Origin: a virus
Taxonomy: Duplodnaviria > Caudoviricetes
Strand: one strand, 5' to 3'
DNA length: 38,614 bases
Virus record (IMG/VR): IMGVR_UViG_3300020045_008736
Span: 1 to 38,614 of that record
Shown: positions 1 to 9,250 of the stretch, one piece after another
Position numbering within the stretch: the first letter of the stretch is position 1
How the letters are laid out: each line of letters opens with the position of its first letter
Made by a program: the position numbers and the translations under genes
The notes under the pieces: generated by a model
What the model saw: the letters and a program-made list of their open reading frames with translations, nothing else
The model's database searches: none
What the model was told of the DNA's origin: nothing

Positions 1-77
1 GTAAAATAAGACACCCATGACATAGGCATGACTGATTCATATAGTGATTGCTTAATTGGTGCTTGGGGTGCTTTCAT
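1..77 (-). CDS. 5' part of a small virion-module protein that wraps across the window ends (MKAPQAPIKQSLYESVMPMSWVSYF...)
   Basis: ATG at 77-75 overlaps the stop of the gp10-like gene (ATGA coupling). The frame is open to base 1 and continues in frame at 38614. Confidence 0.7.
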   Translation of the reverse strand, partial: MKAPQAPIKQSLYESVMPMSWVSYF

Positions 78-1507
78 TTGTTTAGCTCCAATCCTTCTAT
101 AACTGCGCCAATTATAACAAACTTAACCGGGTCAGTCACTCTAATCCTAAATACCCAGTCACGAGCCAAGCCAAGCCTACGCCATTCGGCCCGGCTAATG
201 TATTGCCCTATCTTGCCAAAATTGGTTACTCGCTCTCCGCCAAAAGTATGTCCGTTATCACGAGATATTTGCAAAGCAACCTTAGGGTCGCTCCCTTGGC
301 CTGTGTTTAAGCCTACGCCGCCTTCCATATCGACACGCAGTCTGGATATAGTCATCCTGTTTCGACTAGCCGCAAAGACATGCGAGCCGGTTATCTGGCG
401 CGTAATCATTTCGCCATTGTCTGTGTAGTTGTTTTGGTCAAGTACATATAGATTGCCATTTTCGTAATCTGACACAATAAATTTTCGGTCAAATGCCGCG
501 CCAATTTCAACGCGATGCCTGTTAAGCTTGCCAGTTTTAATCTGGCTCCACGACTGTGATTCCGCCTCATATAACCATGTAACATCCTCGCTAGGGAAAG
601 TTATTTCATAAAATGATTTCCCATTCATCGAATAGCCAAACCCTGTGGCATCGCCGGTTACAGCATACTGATTGATAATGTACGTCATGTCGTCATTACT
701 GACCGGCGTTACCGTGTAACCGTCAATCATGCAGATTTGTAATTGACCTGTTTTATTGCGAAATAGGCCAGTTAAATAGCCATTGCATTTACTAAGAGAC
801 CACCGAGCCGCCAAGCCTGACTCGCTTGGCGTTGCGTTGATACGCGCAAATGAAAACAGTAATTCACCGCTATTCTGCCAAAACTCAACCGATACCTCGC
901 CAAGCAACACTAAGACACCTTTATCCGCCACAACAGCGGTTAGATTGTCCGGGGTGCTTTCCGCCGTGGCAAAATCAAGACCATCCCATGTTAAACCGTC
1001 ATACAATCCAGAGATAAAAAACTGTCCTGTGCCTGGGCGATTGATAATAAATCGACCGTCTAAAAACGTGCATGTATCGGCAAGCTGGCCTTCATACGGG
1101 ATAATTCCGGTTAAACTACTCAATACGCCTGTTTCGGTATTATAGATAAATGCAAACTTGCCGGTAACGCACAACAGTTCTTTGCCATTGTTCGCCATCG
1201 ATACACGGTTGTTAATGTCGATACCTGAGTCAAAGCATAGCTCAGGCACGCCATCGGCAGGAACTTTATATAGCGCGCCACCTTGGAATACAAACAACAG
1301 ATTTAAATTTTGCATCCAGTGCATGCCATAAGCTTTGTGGATGCTTGGCTTACAAAACAATGTTAGCCCTGGTGTACCTACGGCTGACACGGTTACTTTG
1401 TCGTGGTCGACTTGCTGGTCGTAAAAGCAGTTAAGCCTGTGCGCTGCCGTGACATTGCTAGAGCGGCTTTTTAATCCAAGTCCAAAAAGATTAATAGAGT
1501 TTGCCAC
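74..1507 (-). CDS. P22 gp10-like packaged DNA stabilization / tail hub protein
   Basis: 477 aa, beta-rich. Motifs FLDGRFI, LDFATAESTPD, EFWQNSG, SRDNGHTFG..R...G.IG.Y..R..WRRLG.ARDWVFRIR.TDPV are typical of the P22 gp10 family. It lies after the gp4-like gene. Confidence 0.88.
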   Translation of the reverse strand: MANSINLFGLGLKSRSSNVTAAHRLNCFYDQQVDHDKVTVSAVGTPGLTLFCKPSIHKAYGMHWMQNLNLLFVFQGGALYKVPADGVPELCFDSGIDINNRVSMANNGKELLCVTGKFAFIYNTETGVLSSLTGIIPYEGQLADTCTFLDGRFIINRPGTGQFFISGLYDGLTWDGLDFATAESTPDNLTAVVADKGVLVLLGEVSVEFWQNSGELLFSFARINATPSESGLAARWSLSKCNGYLTGLFRNKTGQLQICMIDGYTVTPVSNDDMTYIINQYAVTGDATGFGYSMNGKSFYEITFPSEDVTWLYEAESQSWSQIKTGKLNRHRVEIGAAFDRKFIVSDYENGNLYVLDQNNYTDNGEMITRQITGSHVFAASRNRMTISRLRVDMEGGVGLNTGQGSDPKVALQISRDNGHTFGGERVTNFGKIGQYISRAEWRRLGLARDWVFRIRVTDPVKFVIIGAVIEGLELNK

Positions 1508-2253
1508 TAAAAACCTCGATTTACGTTAAAGCGATTAATACGCGAATCAGCAAACAGCGCCGGGTCAATTTGAGAAGTAATGGCGCGTTTGTTGGTACGT
1601 TTTATTCCCGCCTTTGCCTCCATAAGCAACTTTTTAACATCTTCGCCAGCGGTAGCTTGATATTCCGGAGCCAGTTCAACCGCCAACTGATATTTAAGCG
1701 CACGAGCTGCGCCAGGCTGCAAGTCAACAATGTCAGTCAAGTTGTGAAACATGGTGAACGGCTTGCGGCTGTATAGCGTTATGTCAGATGTTTCACCGGG
1801 GATAGGGTAAAGATACAGTGTAGCCAAAGGATAAGTAGCATCAAGGTAAAAATAGTCTGCATACGTCTTAACAGTTAACGTCTTTAGCCGCACCATAGCC
1901 CAATCGTCATAGGCCATCGGCCTAATTGGAAAATCCACGCCTCTGATGCTGATAGTTGCCGCTTCAATGGCAATGGGTCGAGATGTATTAAAATCGCCGC
2001 CAATACCAATAGTATAAGGATTTTTACCAGAAATAAGCGGGAATGACTCCTTGGTGACATGCGAAACCATAAGCGATTCATTAGCCCATGCGCCGCCAAT
2101 AATAGAGTTCAGGCACTGCAAGGCGTCATTTGCCTCGTTGTCCGTTAAAACAACGTCCTCTGATAGCACTTGAAGCAGTCTAAGACTGCTCTTTATAATA
2201 TCAAGCGCTGTGGTTTGTGTGGCTGATGCAATGGTATCGACAATAATAGGCAT
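1507..2253 (-). CDS. P22 gp4-like head-tail adaptor (packaged DNA stabilization protein)
   Basis: TALDIIKSSLRLL...E.NDAL..LN, YTIG.GGDF...RP, LYLYPIP, AL.Y.LAVELAPEY; directly upstream of the gp10-like gene. Confidence 0.85.
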   Translation of the reverse strand: MPIIVDTIASATQTTALDIIKSSLRLLQVLSEDVVLTDNEANDALQCLNSIIGGAWANESLMVSHVTKESFPLISGKNPYTIGIGGDFNTSRPIAIEAATISIRGVDFPIRPMAYDDWAMVRLKTLTVKTYADYFYLDATYPLATLYLYPIPGETSDITLYSRKPFTMFHNLTDIVDLQPGAARALKYQLAVELAPEYQATAGEDVKKLLMEAKAGIKRTNKRAITSQIDPALFADSRINRFNVNRGF

Positions 2254-2262
2254 AAATAACCT

Positions 2263-4077
2263 CTAAGCGTTATATAACGGCATTTTAAACTTGGTGCCAC
2301 CTACCCATACATCCAGATAAAGCGCTACCTGCGCTGGTGGTGCTCCGTTCGCTCCGGTCGTGGCACTTATGGACTGCTCCGCACAAAACCCAACTTGACC
2401 AGAGCTTAGCGCAACACCAGTGCCAACTAACACAATACGGTCAAACGTAACAGCCTTAGCAGCCATGTTGCCGTCAACATCAATATGGGCCAGACTGACA
2501 GTGTTGGCGGCATTAATACAGCGTAACAGATAGCCAGTTGGCGCGGAATCGGTGCGTCGCTGTAACAGTACTGTTTCAGAGTTGTTGACGTTTTGGCGCG
2601 CACTAAATGCGGCGCCTGCAAAAGCGGTTGGGTCGCTTACCACGATTGCCCGGCATTGGCTATTAAATGGATTATACCATGTGCCTATGTTCCCATAGCG
2701 CTCGATATTCATGCCGGTAGACCATAGCCCGGCAATTCGGTTTAAGCTGATGCCTAGGTCAGCATCATTTGAACCTCCGCCTGAGATAGATAAGCCTACC
2801 GTCGTTGATGCGGCTGAAAATACGTCAACATCAATTTCAATGCCTTGATAAACGCCTGTTGAACCAGTCTCAGCGCGGATTAGCGCATTAATAGCCCATA
2901 CGTTAGCATTAGGCTGATTAGATGATCCATTGGCCCCTGCGTAAATAGCTACAGACTGACCATTGAATGAGTTGGGTTGAAGCATTTCAACGTTGAACGC
3001 TGCAATACCGCCATTACCAGCAGAGCCGCCGGGCTGTGATGATTGCGATTGTATGTATGGCCCTACGGCCATTTGTGCCGGATTTGTCGCCATGTATGGA
3101 AATTTCCCGATCCCTGTGCCAGCGCCGGTAAAAACAACAGCCGGGTCAATATCCCAATGAATAGATACTGATGTTGACCATGTTGGCTCGCTGTTTAACA
3201 GATATGTGCCGCTTGGCACGATGATCTTGCCACCAGTTAGCGGCAATGCGGCCAGCGTAGCCATAAAATCAGCATAACTATCTGTTAAACCAGTAGGGTC
3301 TGCTCCATAATCCAGTACGCAAAGAGTAGGGCTTACGCCTCCGCCTCCAGGGGGGATGCCATCTAACTTTACTTTGTCAGATGCCGTCATTATACCGGCA
3401 TTGGTAGCATCGGCGGTTATTAATGTGGCTGGTAATCCGCTTGAACTGGCGATAGTAACAGTTGATGCAGTTCTTGTTGCTGATAGGTTGGTAACGCCAG
3501 TTATGCCGTCAAGCTTTGTTTTGTCTGCTGATGACATAACGCCAGCATTTGATCCATCTGCTACGGGGATGATTGCATCGTTCCCAGTATCACTATTGAT
3601 GGTGACAGATGTCGGCGTTCTTGCGGCATTCAAGTTGGTTGCGCCGCCTACCGGAATGCCAGCCAGCTTATTAAATAGTGTTGCCGACATAACACCTGCA
3701 GTTGACGAGTCAGCCACGCTGATAATTGCGTCTGAGCCTGTGTCGCTGTTGATGTTGACGGCGCTTGCTGTGCGCGTTGCGGATAGATTGGTATTGCCTG
3801 GGCCTCCAGCTACCGGGTCGATGATTCGCACCCCAAACATGGTGTAAGGGATTAGCCCAGATCCTGAAACGTGGAAGTTAAACTTACCAGCCACGATATA
3901 AAAATCAAAGCGACCAAAAGAGTCGGTCGTTACGACTGAGCCTAAAACAATGGTTCCAGTTTCGTCTGCATAGACATTAATCGGGATGCCGAACTCTGTT
4001 GTAATTGCAATTGACGCGCCAGCAATGGCATCGCCTTTGTCATCCTGTACCGAATTAAAATAATGATATAGAGCCAC
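2263..4077 (-). CDS. fibre / tailspike-like receptor-binding protein
   Basis: GTG start. N-terminal attachment domain (QDDKGDAIAGASI...TTDSFGRFDFY), three ~50-aa repeats ending AG.MS...K.KL.GI, then VLDYGADPTG..DS...GG.I.VP.GTY, typical of the start of tailspike beta-helices. Confidence 0.75.
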   Translation of the reverse strand: MALYHYFNSVQDDKGDAIAGASIAITTEFGIPINVYADETGTIVLGSVVTTDSFGRFDFYIVAGKFNFHVSGSGLIPYTMFGVRIIDPVAGGPGNTNLSATRTASAVNINSDTGSDAIISVADSSTAGVMSATLFNKLAGIPVGGATNLNAARTPTSVTINSDTGNDAIIPVADGSNAGVMSSADKTKLDGITGVTNLSATRTASTVTIASSSGLPATLITADATNAGIMTASDKVKLDGIPPGGGGVSPTLCVLDYGADPTGLTDSYADFMATLAALPLTGGKIIVPSGTYLLNSEPTWSTSVSIHWDIDPAVVFTGAGTGIGKFPYMATNPAQMAVGPYIQSQSSQPGGSAGNGGIAAFNVEMLQPNSFNGQSVAIYAGANGSSNQPNANVWAINALIRAETGSTGVYQGIEIDVDVFSAASTTVGLSISGGGSNDADLGISLNRIAGLWSTGMNIERYGNIGTWYNPFNSQCRAIVVSDPTAFAGAAFSARQNVNNSETVLLQRRTDSAPTGYLLRCINAANTVSLAHIDVDGNMAAKAVTFDRIVLVGTGVALSSGQVGFCAEQSISATTGANGAPPAQVALYLDVWVGGTKFKMPLYNA

Positions 4078-4106
4078 GTGCTGCCTGCCTTGTTGTGCAA
4101 TAGGAC

Positions 4107-4120
4107 GGGCATCCTTGCCC
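4107..4120 (-). promoter_or_regulatory. GGGCA-AGGA-TGCCC hairpin, CsrA/RsmA-like site upstream of the fibre gene
   Basis: Minus strand reads GGGCAAGGATGCCC; CAAGGATG fits the CANGGANG consensus; ~30 nt upstream of the GTG at 4077. Confidence 0.4.
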
Positions 4121-4130
4121 TTTGGAGAGT

Positions 4131-4472
4131 TTAGTTAACGCGTAAGAACGGCTTAAAGACTGTTGCAGTCCAGGTTGATGCGGCGGGCGGGGTGATGTCT
4201 TGGTTAGTGATATTTTGCCATGTAACTGTAACCGTATTCGCGGTTACAACAGAGGAAACCAGCTTTAATCCATACGGCAATTCTGCGGCATCTCGTGGAG
4301 AAATACCAACGTTTTCATCGGTAACGGCTAGGCCGGTAAAGGTAATTGCTGCTGGCGCAGTGGTTGCACCGGCTAACACAATAGATCCGCCATTAACTGC
4401 GTATGTTGCGCCAGAACTGTATGTTGCAATCTGCATAACGGGTGTTAGCCCGCCAAAATATTTATCAGGCAT
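4131..4472 (-). CDS. small beta-rich virion protein, probable capsid decoration protein
   Basis: 113 aa, Thr/Ala/Val-rich (TFTGL...V.ANTVTV.W.N.T...ITP), directly after the coat gene, RBS GAGG. Confidence 0.55.
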   Translation of the reverse strand: MPDKYFGGLTPVMQIATYSSGATYAVNGGSIVLAGATTAPAAITFTGLAVTDENVGISPRDAAELPYGLKLVSSVVTANTVTVTWQNITNQDITPPAASTWTATVFKPFLRVN

Positions 4473-4498
4473 GAAAGCCTCCTATATTCGTTTAAGAT

Positions 4499-4516
4499 GC
4501 CCGGCTTGCGCCGGGC
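4499..4516 (-). other. GC-rich hairpin GCCCGGC-GCAA-GCCGGGC after the coat gene (mRNA stabiliser or weak terminator)
   Basis: Perfect 7-bp stem with a GNRA loop on the minus strand; no U-tract follows. Confidence 0.6.
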
Positions 4517-4525
4517 TTGAAGCTA

Positions 4526-5764
4526 TTAACCGCCAACTCGACAAGCCAGTTCGCGATAGATCGTTTTCCATCCATACAGCACATCAAAACGGACAGGGAA
4601 CTGATCGCTATTGATGTCGTATTGTCTGACCATCCGCATTGAAATGCCTTTGTAGTTGGCACGTTCTGCCATATCAACACCACCGGGTAACAACAAATCA
4701 GCGGATGCTAATGTAAATGCATCACGATGATAAGCTAAGTTTTGATCGTATGGTGTTGCAGTGTTTGGCGTAATCCAAGTGATGTTCCCGGTCAATGTGC
4801 CGGTTACAGTTTGGAATTGACCGCTACCAACATGAGGAGGATAAACAGATGCAGTGGTTGCACCAACAGCGGCATCGGCTGTCATAACAAACTGTTGTAA
4901 ACGACCTGTTGATTGTCTGGATTGCGGATTGACTGCAAAAATACCAGCAACAGTGAACACAGCGCCTTTAGGTATGGCTGATGTGGCTACGGCAGCACCG
5001 AAGGTAACAGTGCTAGAACCGGCGGTAAAGGTTGCTGTGGTCGTTGCGCCGGTAAATGCCCCTGCGGCAAATGATGCAGTGTTGGCATCCTCAGCCCAGT
5101 CAAAGCCCAATACTTTAGAACCAACAGAGGCATCGCCAAAGATTTGACTTAACTTTTGTTGACTGTTGAACTGGGTGGCTACCATTGGCGTAATTGCGCC
5201 GACAGTGGAACCGGGGGATAATACTAAGCCGCGATTGCCGTCTTTCGGAACACCTGATTCAGTCAGGATTGCATTAGCTGCTAAAATTCCGCTTTGCACT
5301 TGCGCTGCGGTAGCCGTGCCGCCAGTCAATAAACCTGCCGTGCCGTAGCCTGAGCCATTGGCACCGGCATAGACAATGCGGTTGATGTCTTTAAACAATT
5401 GCAAGCCATCATAGTCAATCTTGTTGGCAATGGTTGCCATTGCAGGCTTAAGGAAACGGTCGCGAAACTCATCAATATGCAAGGTGAGATCTTGAGAGCT
5501 GAACGAAATATCAACGCCGAATTGCTCAGTTAACGTGATCGGTACAAAATCTTCTGTTGAGCTTTCAATTTGCAGCGCTTGGCCTGATCTGCCTTGGTAA
5601 CGAGGCGGTTTACGTGCGTTGATTGTCGCACCAATTTTTGCACCGGAAATGCCGAATTTATCGTCATATTCGCGGTTTACGTTTTTGGAAAATGTGAGTT
5701 CATTCTCAAGAATCATTAAGGCTTCTTTTTGAATAATACTCGATGTGAGTAAAGCATTTGGCAT
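4526..5764 (-). CDS. major capsid protein, P22 coat protein (gp5) family
   Basis: MPN.LLT...I..EAL..LEN.L.F...VNR.YD..F...GAKIG.TI..R.P and C-terminal N.AYHRDAF.LA..DL...R.DVLYG. Confidence 0.93.
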   Translation of the reverse strand: MPNALLTSSIIQKEALMILENELTFSKNVNREYDDKFGISGAKIGATINARKPPRYQGRSGQALQIESSTEDFVPITLTEQFGVDISFSSQDLTLHIDEFRDRFLKPAMATIANKIDYDGLQLFKDINRIVYAGANGSGYGTAGLLTGGTATAAQVQSGILAANAILTESGVPKDGNRGLVLSPGSTVGAITPMVATQFNSQQKLSQIFGDASVGSKVLGFDWAEDANTASFAAGAFTGATTTATFTAGSSTVTFGAAVATSAIPKGAVFTVAGIFAVNPQSRQSTGRLQQFVMTADAAVGATTASVYPPHVGSGQFQTVTGTLTGNITWITPNTATPYDQNLAYHRDAFTLASADLLLPGGVDMAERANYKGISMRMVRQYDINSDQFPVRFDVLYGWKTIYRELACRVGG

Positions 5765-5794
5765 GGTAAAAACTCCATCTGAAAAGGGATTAAA

Positions 5795-5809
5795 GCGTCA
5801 TCACGACGC
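5795..5809 (-). promoter_or_regulatory. GCGTC-GTGAT-GACGC hairpin in the capsid leader
   Basis: 5-bp perfect stem between scaffold and coat genes, ~30 nt upstream of the coat ATG. Confidence 0.45.
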
Positions 5810-5831
5810 GGCCTGTTAAGGCGTTTAAAAA

Positions 5832-6716
5832 CTATTTTTGCTGTGCTTTTCGCAGTCTGACATACTCAGCCATATCGCGGGCTTCACTGATGTCGGTTAC
5901 TACTGTGGCACTCTTAGCGCTCCCTAATGGAGTGATCGGTTTTGGCGCATTGGACACCGGCTTTTTAACTGGCTCCAAAGATGGTTGTGTTGCAATCTTC
6001 GCCTCGATTCTGCCGATATAGCGCAAAGCTTGCGGTTCTGACATTTGGCCTATTTTGTCTAATTCATCCGGGTTTTTACCGAGATAATAGGACAGTTCGA
6101 CCGGGTTTTCTGACTCAAATAACATTGTTTTGAAAGCGTCTACCGTAGCTAGCGGGTGGCTTAAAAATGCCTGTTCTGCCGTAGCATAATCAGGGTGCGC
6201 TTGTTTAGCCGCTTCTTGCAATGTTATAACATTACGTTGCTTTTCCGCGAGTATAGCATTTTTTTGCTGTTGTGCAAATTTTTGCTCGACTTTATAATCA
6301 GTTAATGCTATGAGGTAATCAGGGTCATAAATACCGGCGTCAAAATCATCTGGATTTGGCGGTGTATCCGTATCATAAACAGGTGCTTTATGTGGCTCTG
6401 GCTGCTTACCTGCTTGCAGTTCCTGCAAACGCAATTCAAGCGCGGCGGCCTTGGCCTGGGCTTCTTGTCGCTCTGTCTCTGCCTTGGTTAGTGACGACCT
6501 AAACTGATTAATGCGCTTTTGTACCCTTTTTGAGTACTGCTCATCCTCGTTGGTTTCTTGCTCTTGCGATTCTGTTTCCCCTGTTTCCCCTGTTTCCTGT
6601 TCTTCGGTCTCTTGGCCTTCTTCTGCCTGTTCTTCAATTGCCTGTTCTTCTACCACTGGTTCAGATGCAACCACTGTCTCATTCGGTACTACGGTCTCAC
6701 TGTTAACACTACTCAT
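5832..6716 (-). CDS. capsid scaffolding protein
   Basis: Acidic N-terminus, coiled coil (VQKRINQ), P.PDDF...Y..ALTDY, S..PVEL.YYLGKNP, S.AP.PI.P; lies between portal and coat. Confidence 0.85.
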   Translation of the reverse strand: MSSVNSETVVPNETVVASEPVVEEQAIEEQAEEGQETEEQETGETGETESQEQETNEDEQYSKRVQKRINQFRSSLTKAETERQEAQAKAAALELRLQELQAGKQPEPHKAPVYDTDTPPNPDDFDAGIYDPDYLIALTDYKVEQKFAQQQKNAILAEKQRNVITLQEAAKQAHPDYATAEQAFLSHPLATVDAFKTMLFESENPVELSYYLGKNPDELDKIGQMSEPQALRYIGRIEAKIATQPSLEPVKKPVSNAPKPITPLGSAKSATVVTDISEARDMAEYVRLRKAQQK

Positions 6717-6743
6717 CGCATGCCTCCGGGCAAGTTTTGTTGC

Positions 6744-6956
6744 TTATTGTCCACAAAAATTGCGAGGGCGTAATGCCTCAGCAACCTCCAAGTTTCTTCG
6801 ATGCTGTTCTAATATACGATTTTCTTCCATTTTATTTATTATGTAATTCTGTCTTTCTGTTTCTGGTAAGCTTTTAATATATGCTTGCTGTTGCTTTATA
6901 ACAGCTTCCGACTGTGTTACGGCGGTAGCTACTGATGCTATGATTGCCCCAAACAT
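6744..6956 (-). CDS. hypothetical protein (70 aa, MFGAIIASVATAV...)
   Basis: Internal ATG at 6956 preceded by GGAG; fills the gap between portal and scaffold. Confidence 0.55.
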   Translation of the reverse strand: MFGAIIASVATAVTQSEAVIKQQQAYIKSLPETERQNYIINKMEENRILEQHRRNLEVAEALRPRNFCGQ

Positions 6957-6963
6957 ACCGCGT

Positions 6964-7137
6964 CTACTCCATCGCTTGTTTTTCTGCATATGCTTTATCC
7001 AATATTTGACCGATTTGGTCACATAGCCTAGACACTTCGCGCTTATTTGCTAAATAAATCGATTTAGGTGTATCTGACAACGTGTCAAGATATTCTTGCT
7101 CGGCCTTTAAAGATTCATCGATTAATATTTCTAACAT
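6964..7137 (-). CDS. hypothetical protein (57 aa, MLEILIDESLKAEQEY...)
   Basis: ATG at 7137 just after the portal stop, preceded by GGAG/GAGAG. Confidence 0.55.
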   Translation of the reverse strand: MLEILIDESLKAEQEYLDTLSDTPKSIYLANKREVSRLCDQIGQILDKAYAEKQAME

Positions 7138-7144
7138 ACTCTCT

Positions 7145-9223
7145 CTACTCCATTGGTTGTTGCATTTGCGGCTGTTCGCCGGGTTCTTCGGTGTCATCGT
7201 CCATATCTTCAAGCTCGCCGTCATTCGGTTCTAACAATGTTTTTGCCGCGGCCTCGCTAGCAATCTTGTGGAATAATCCGGTAGACTCTAGCGCCATTTT
7301 ATGTTCGGCAACCATCCTGTCTGTTTGAGCTTTAAATCGCTCTATTTCCAGCTTTTCTTCAACGCCTTCAGCCTTTTCGCGGTACATCTGCAATTCTTGG
7401 CTCAGGTGCTCAACTTGGTCAGCCATTTCGTTCATCTGTTGCTCTATTTCTGGCGGTATTTGCTGGCCTTCGCCTTGTTCGTCTTTGTTAATGGCTTGCA
7501 ATATGGCTGGTGGCAATGCCAATTTTTTACGCTTGGCTATCTCATCGGCCCCAGGCCAGTCCATATTGGATATAATCAAGTCGCCTGCTACTTGCATCAG
7601 CGTTGGGTCCGCTTGCACAAGCTGCATTTGTGACTCTGCGGCCTCCATGCGCTTAGTCGCATAGCTTGGGCCGGTATTGACTACAACGTCATATTTGCCA
7701 ACGCTAAAGTTATAAATGCTTTGTATTTTGCCGTCCTCGCCTTGCGTCTCGGTCTTGGCGCTAGGCTGTGACGGGTCAACAGTGACGCTTGTTGGCGTGC
7801 CATCCTCGCCAAGCATACGCGCTACGCGCTTTGCGTCATAAACCTTTGGTATCATCTCAATAATAACACGTCCTGCGTGTTGTATAGATCGGCTTAAATT
7901 GTCAGCAAAGTGAAAGTTACCTGTGCTTGACTGGCGTTGCTGGCTTAAGATGGCTTTGCCTGATTGATTAGATTCATGATCGCCCATTGCTGCATCAAAC
8001 ATGCCCATCGTGGCTTTAATGTCCAGTTCAGCGCGGTTCATTGCCGCTTCAAAGCCTGGATTGGTGCTTGGGGGTGGTTCGCGTCTTGGCGGTGGTGCCA
8101 AGACGCCTGCTGTGGTGACTGAGTTGTACGTTAGCACAGATAGGTTGATGCGGTTAGCCGCATTCCATTCGCGCTCATAGCCATCAAGCTGGCCTTCGGC
8201 AGCAATGTATGGGGCTTTAGGCGCAAGGGCAAGCACTTCGGCATTGGCTGATTGGAAAAAGTTATACAAACGTGCTGGGTCTTTTGCATGGCGAGTCAGG
8301 CCATGTAAATGTCGCTTGCCTTCAATCCACACCTCTGAACCGTAGACCGGAAACACTGGTATATATTGCGTTGGCAGCTCAGTCTCGTCAACAACCTGAT
8401 TGCCAGCAATCTTATACCATTTGCACACGCGCTCTTCGCTCATGCGCTCTTTAACGATAAGTTCTTTATATTCGTCTGGTACCTCGTCAGACCATAATGT
8501 TGATCCGTCTTGAAGCTGAGCGAGCTTGCGCTGTTTAGTTTCTATCTCAAAATACTCAGCGACGCGCACTGTATCACCGCTATACCAGCCAACCGCGTCA
8601 CCACTGGCTGCATTGTCAAAGCTCGATACGTCTGCATCAGGGAATTGGCGCTCAAACTCATCACGTGACCATTCTTCAACGATAATACATTTAGTCGCGT
8701 CGCTACCGTCTGCCTCGACTGACTCTTTGTCAAAATAGACTTTAAACGGGTCTACAATGCGCTTAACTTCTATGTCTTGGTCAAACGTCGCTGGGTCACA
8801 ATAGCGCGTAATGATACGGAAATAACCTAGGCCGGTGTCAACCTGCCATTCAGCGGCGGTATCATAAGCGATGGTTGCGTTTGATACGTCTTGAATGTGG
8901 CGAATAACGCCTTGCAGTATCTCAGCCGTGTCGGGGTCGGCTTTGTCATCAACGGGCCTGACTTTAATAGATGGGCTATTTTGTCTAATCTCGTTGATGA
9001 CTTGGTTGCGAAATTGAAACAGCCTGTTGATAGTCAGCATGGGGCGTTCTGCGCCGGGTTGCTCGCGGTCTCGCTTAACTGACTCAGGCCATTGTTCGCC
9101 AAGGCGTACAAACTTAACATCGTCTAAGCGTTCGCGTCGGCTCTGTGACTCGCTGTCGGCTGTCTCGCTAAAAAACTTGTGGACTTTAGCTATGAATTTA
9201 GTGTCGTCTTTAGTTTGCGCCAT
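7145..9223 (-). CDS. portal protein, P22-like
   Basis: 692 aa. G.QWP..V...R....RP.LT.N.L, G.GY.R, KDP.R.YN, SG.AI..QQ, YDVVV.TGPSY.T.R, MDWPGA.EI; C-terminal coiled coil. Confidence 0.93.
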   Translation of the reverse strand: MAQTKDDTKFIAKVHKFFSETADSESQSRRERLDDVKFVRLGEQWPESVKRDREQPGAERPMLTINRLFQFRNQVINEIRQNSPSIKVRPVDDKADPDTAEILQGVIRHIQDVSNATIAYDTAAEWQVDTGLGYFRIITRYCDPATFDQDIEVKRIVDPFKVYFDKESVEADGSDATKCIIVEEWSRDEFERQFPDADVSSFDNAASGDAVGWYSGDTVRVAEYFEIETKQRKLAQLQDGSTLWSDEVPDEYKELIVKERMSEERVCKWYKIAGNQVVDETELPTQYIPVFPVYGSEVWIEGKRHLHGLTRHAKDPARLYNFFQSANAEVLALAPKAPYIAAEGQLDGYEREWNAANRINLSVLTYNSVTTAGVLAPPPRREPPPSTNPGFEAAMNRAELDIKATMGMFDAAMGDHESNQSGKAILSQQRQSSTGNFHFADNLSRSIQHAGRVIIEMIPKVYDAKRVARMLGEDGTPTSVTVDPSQPSAKTETQGEDGKIQSIYNFSVGKYDVVVNTGPSYATKRMEAAESQMQLVQADPTLMQVAGDLIISNMDWPGADEIAKRKKLALPPAILQAINKDEQGEGQQIPPEIEQQMNEMADQVEHLSQELQMYREKAEGVEEKLEIERFKAQTDRMVAEHKMALESTGLFHKIASEAAAKTLLEPNDGELEDMDDDTEEPGEQPQMQQPME

Positions 9224-9250
9224 TGATTAGCCTTTATTTGTTGCGTTATA

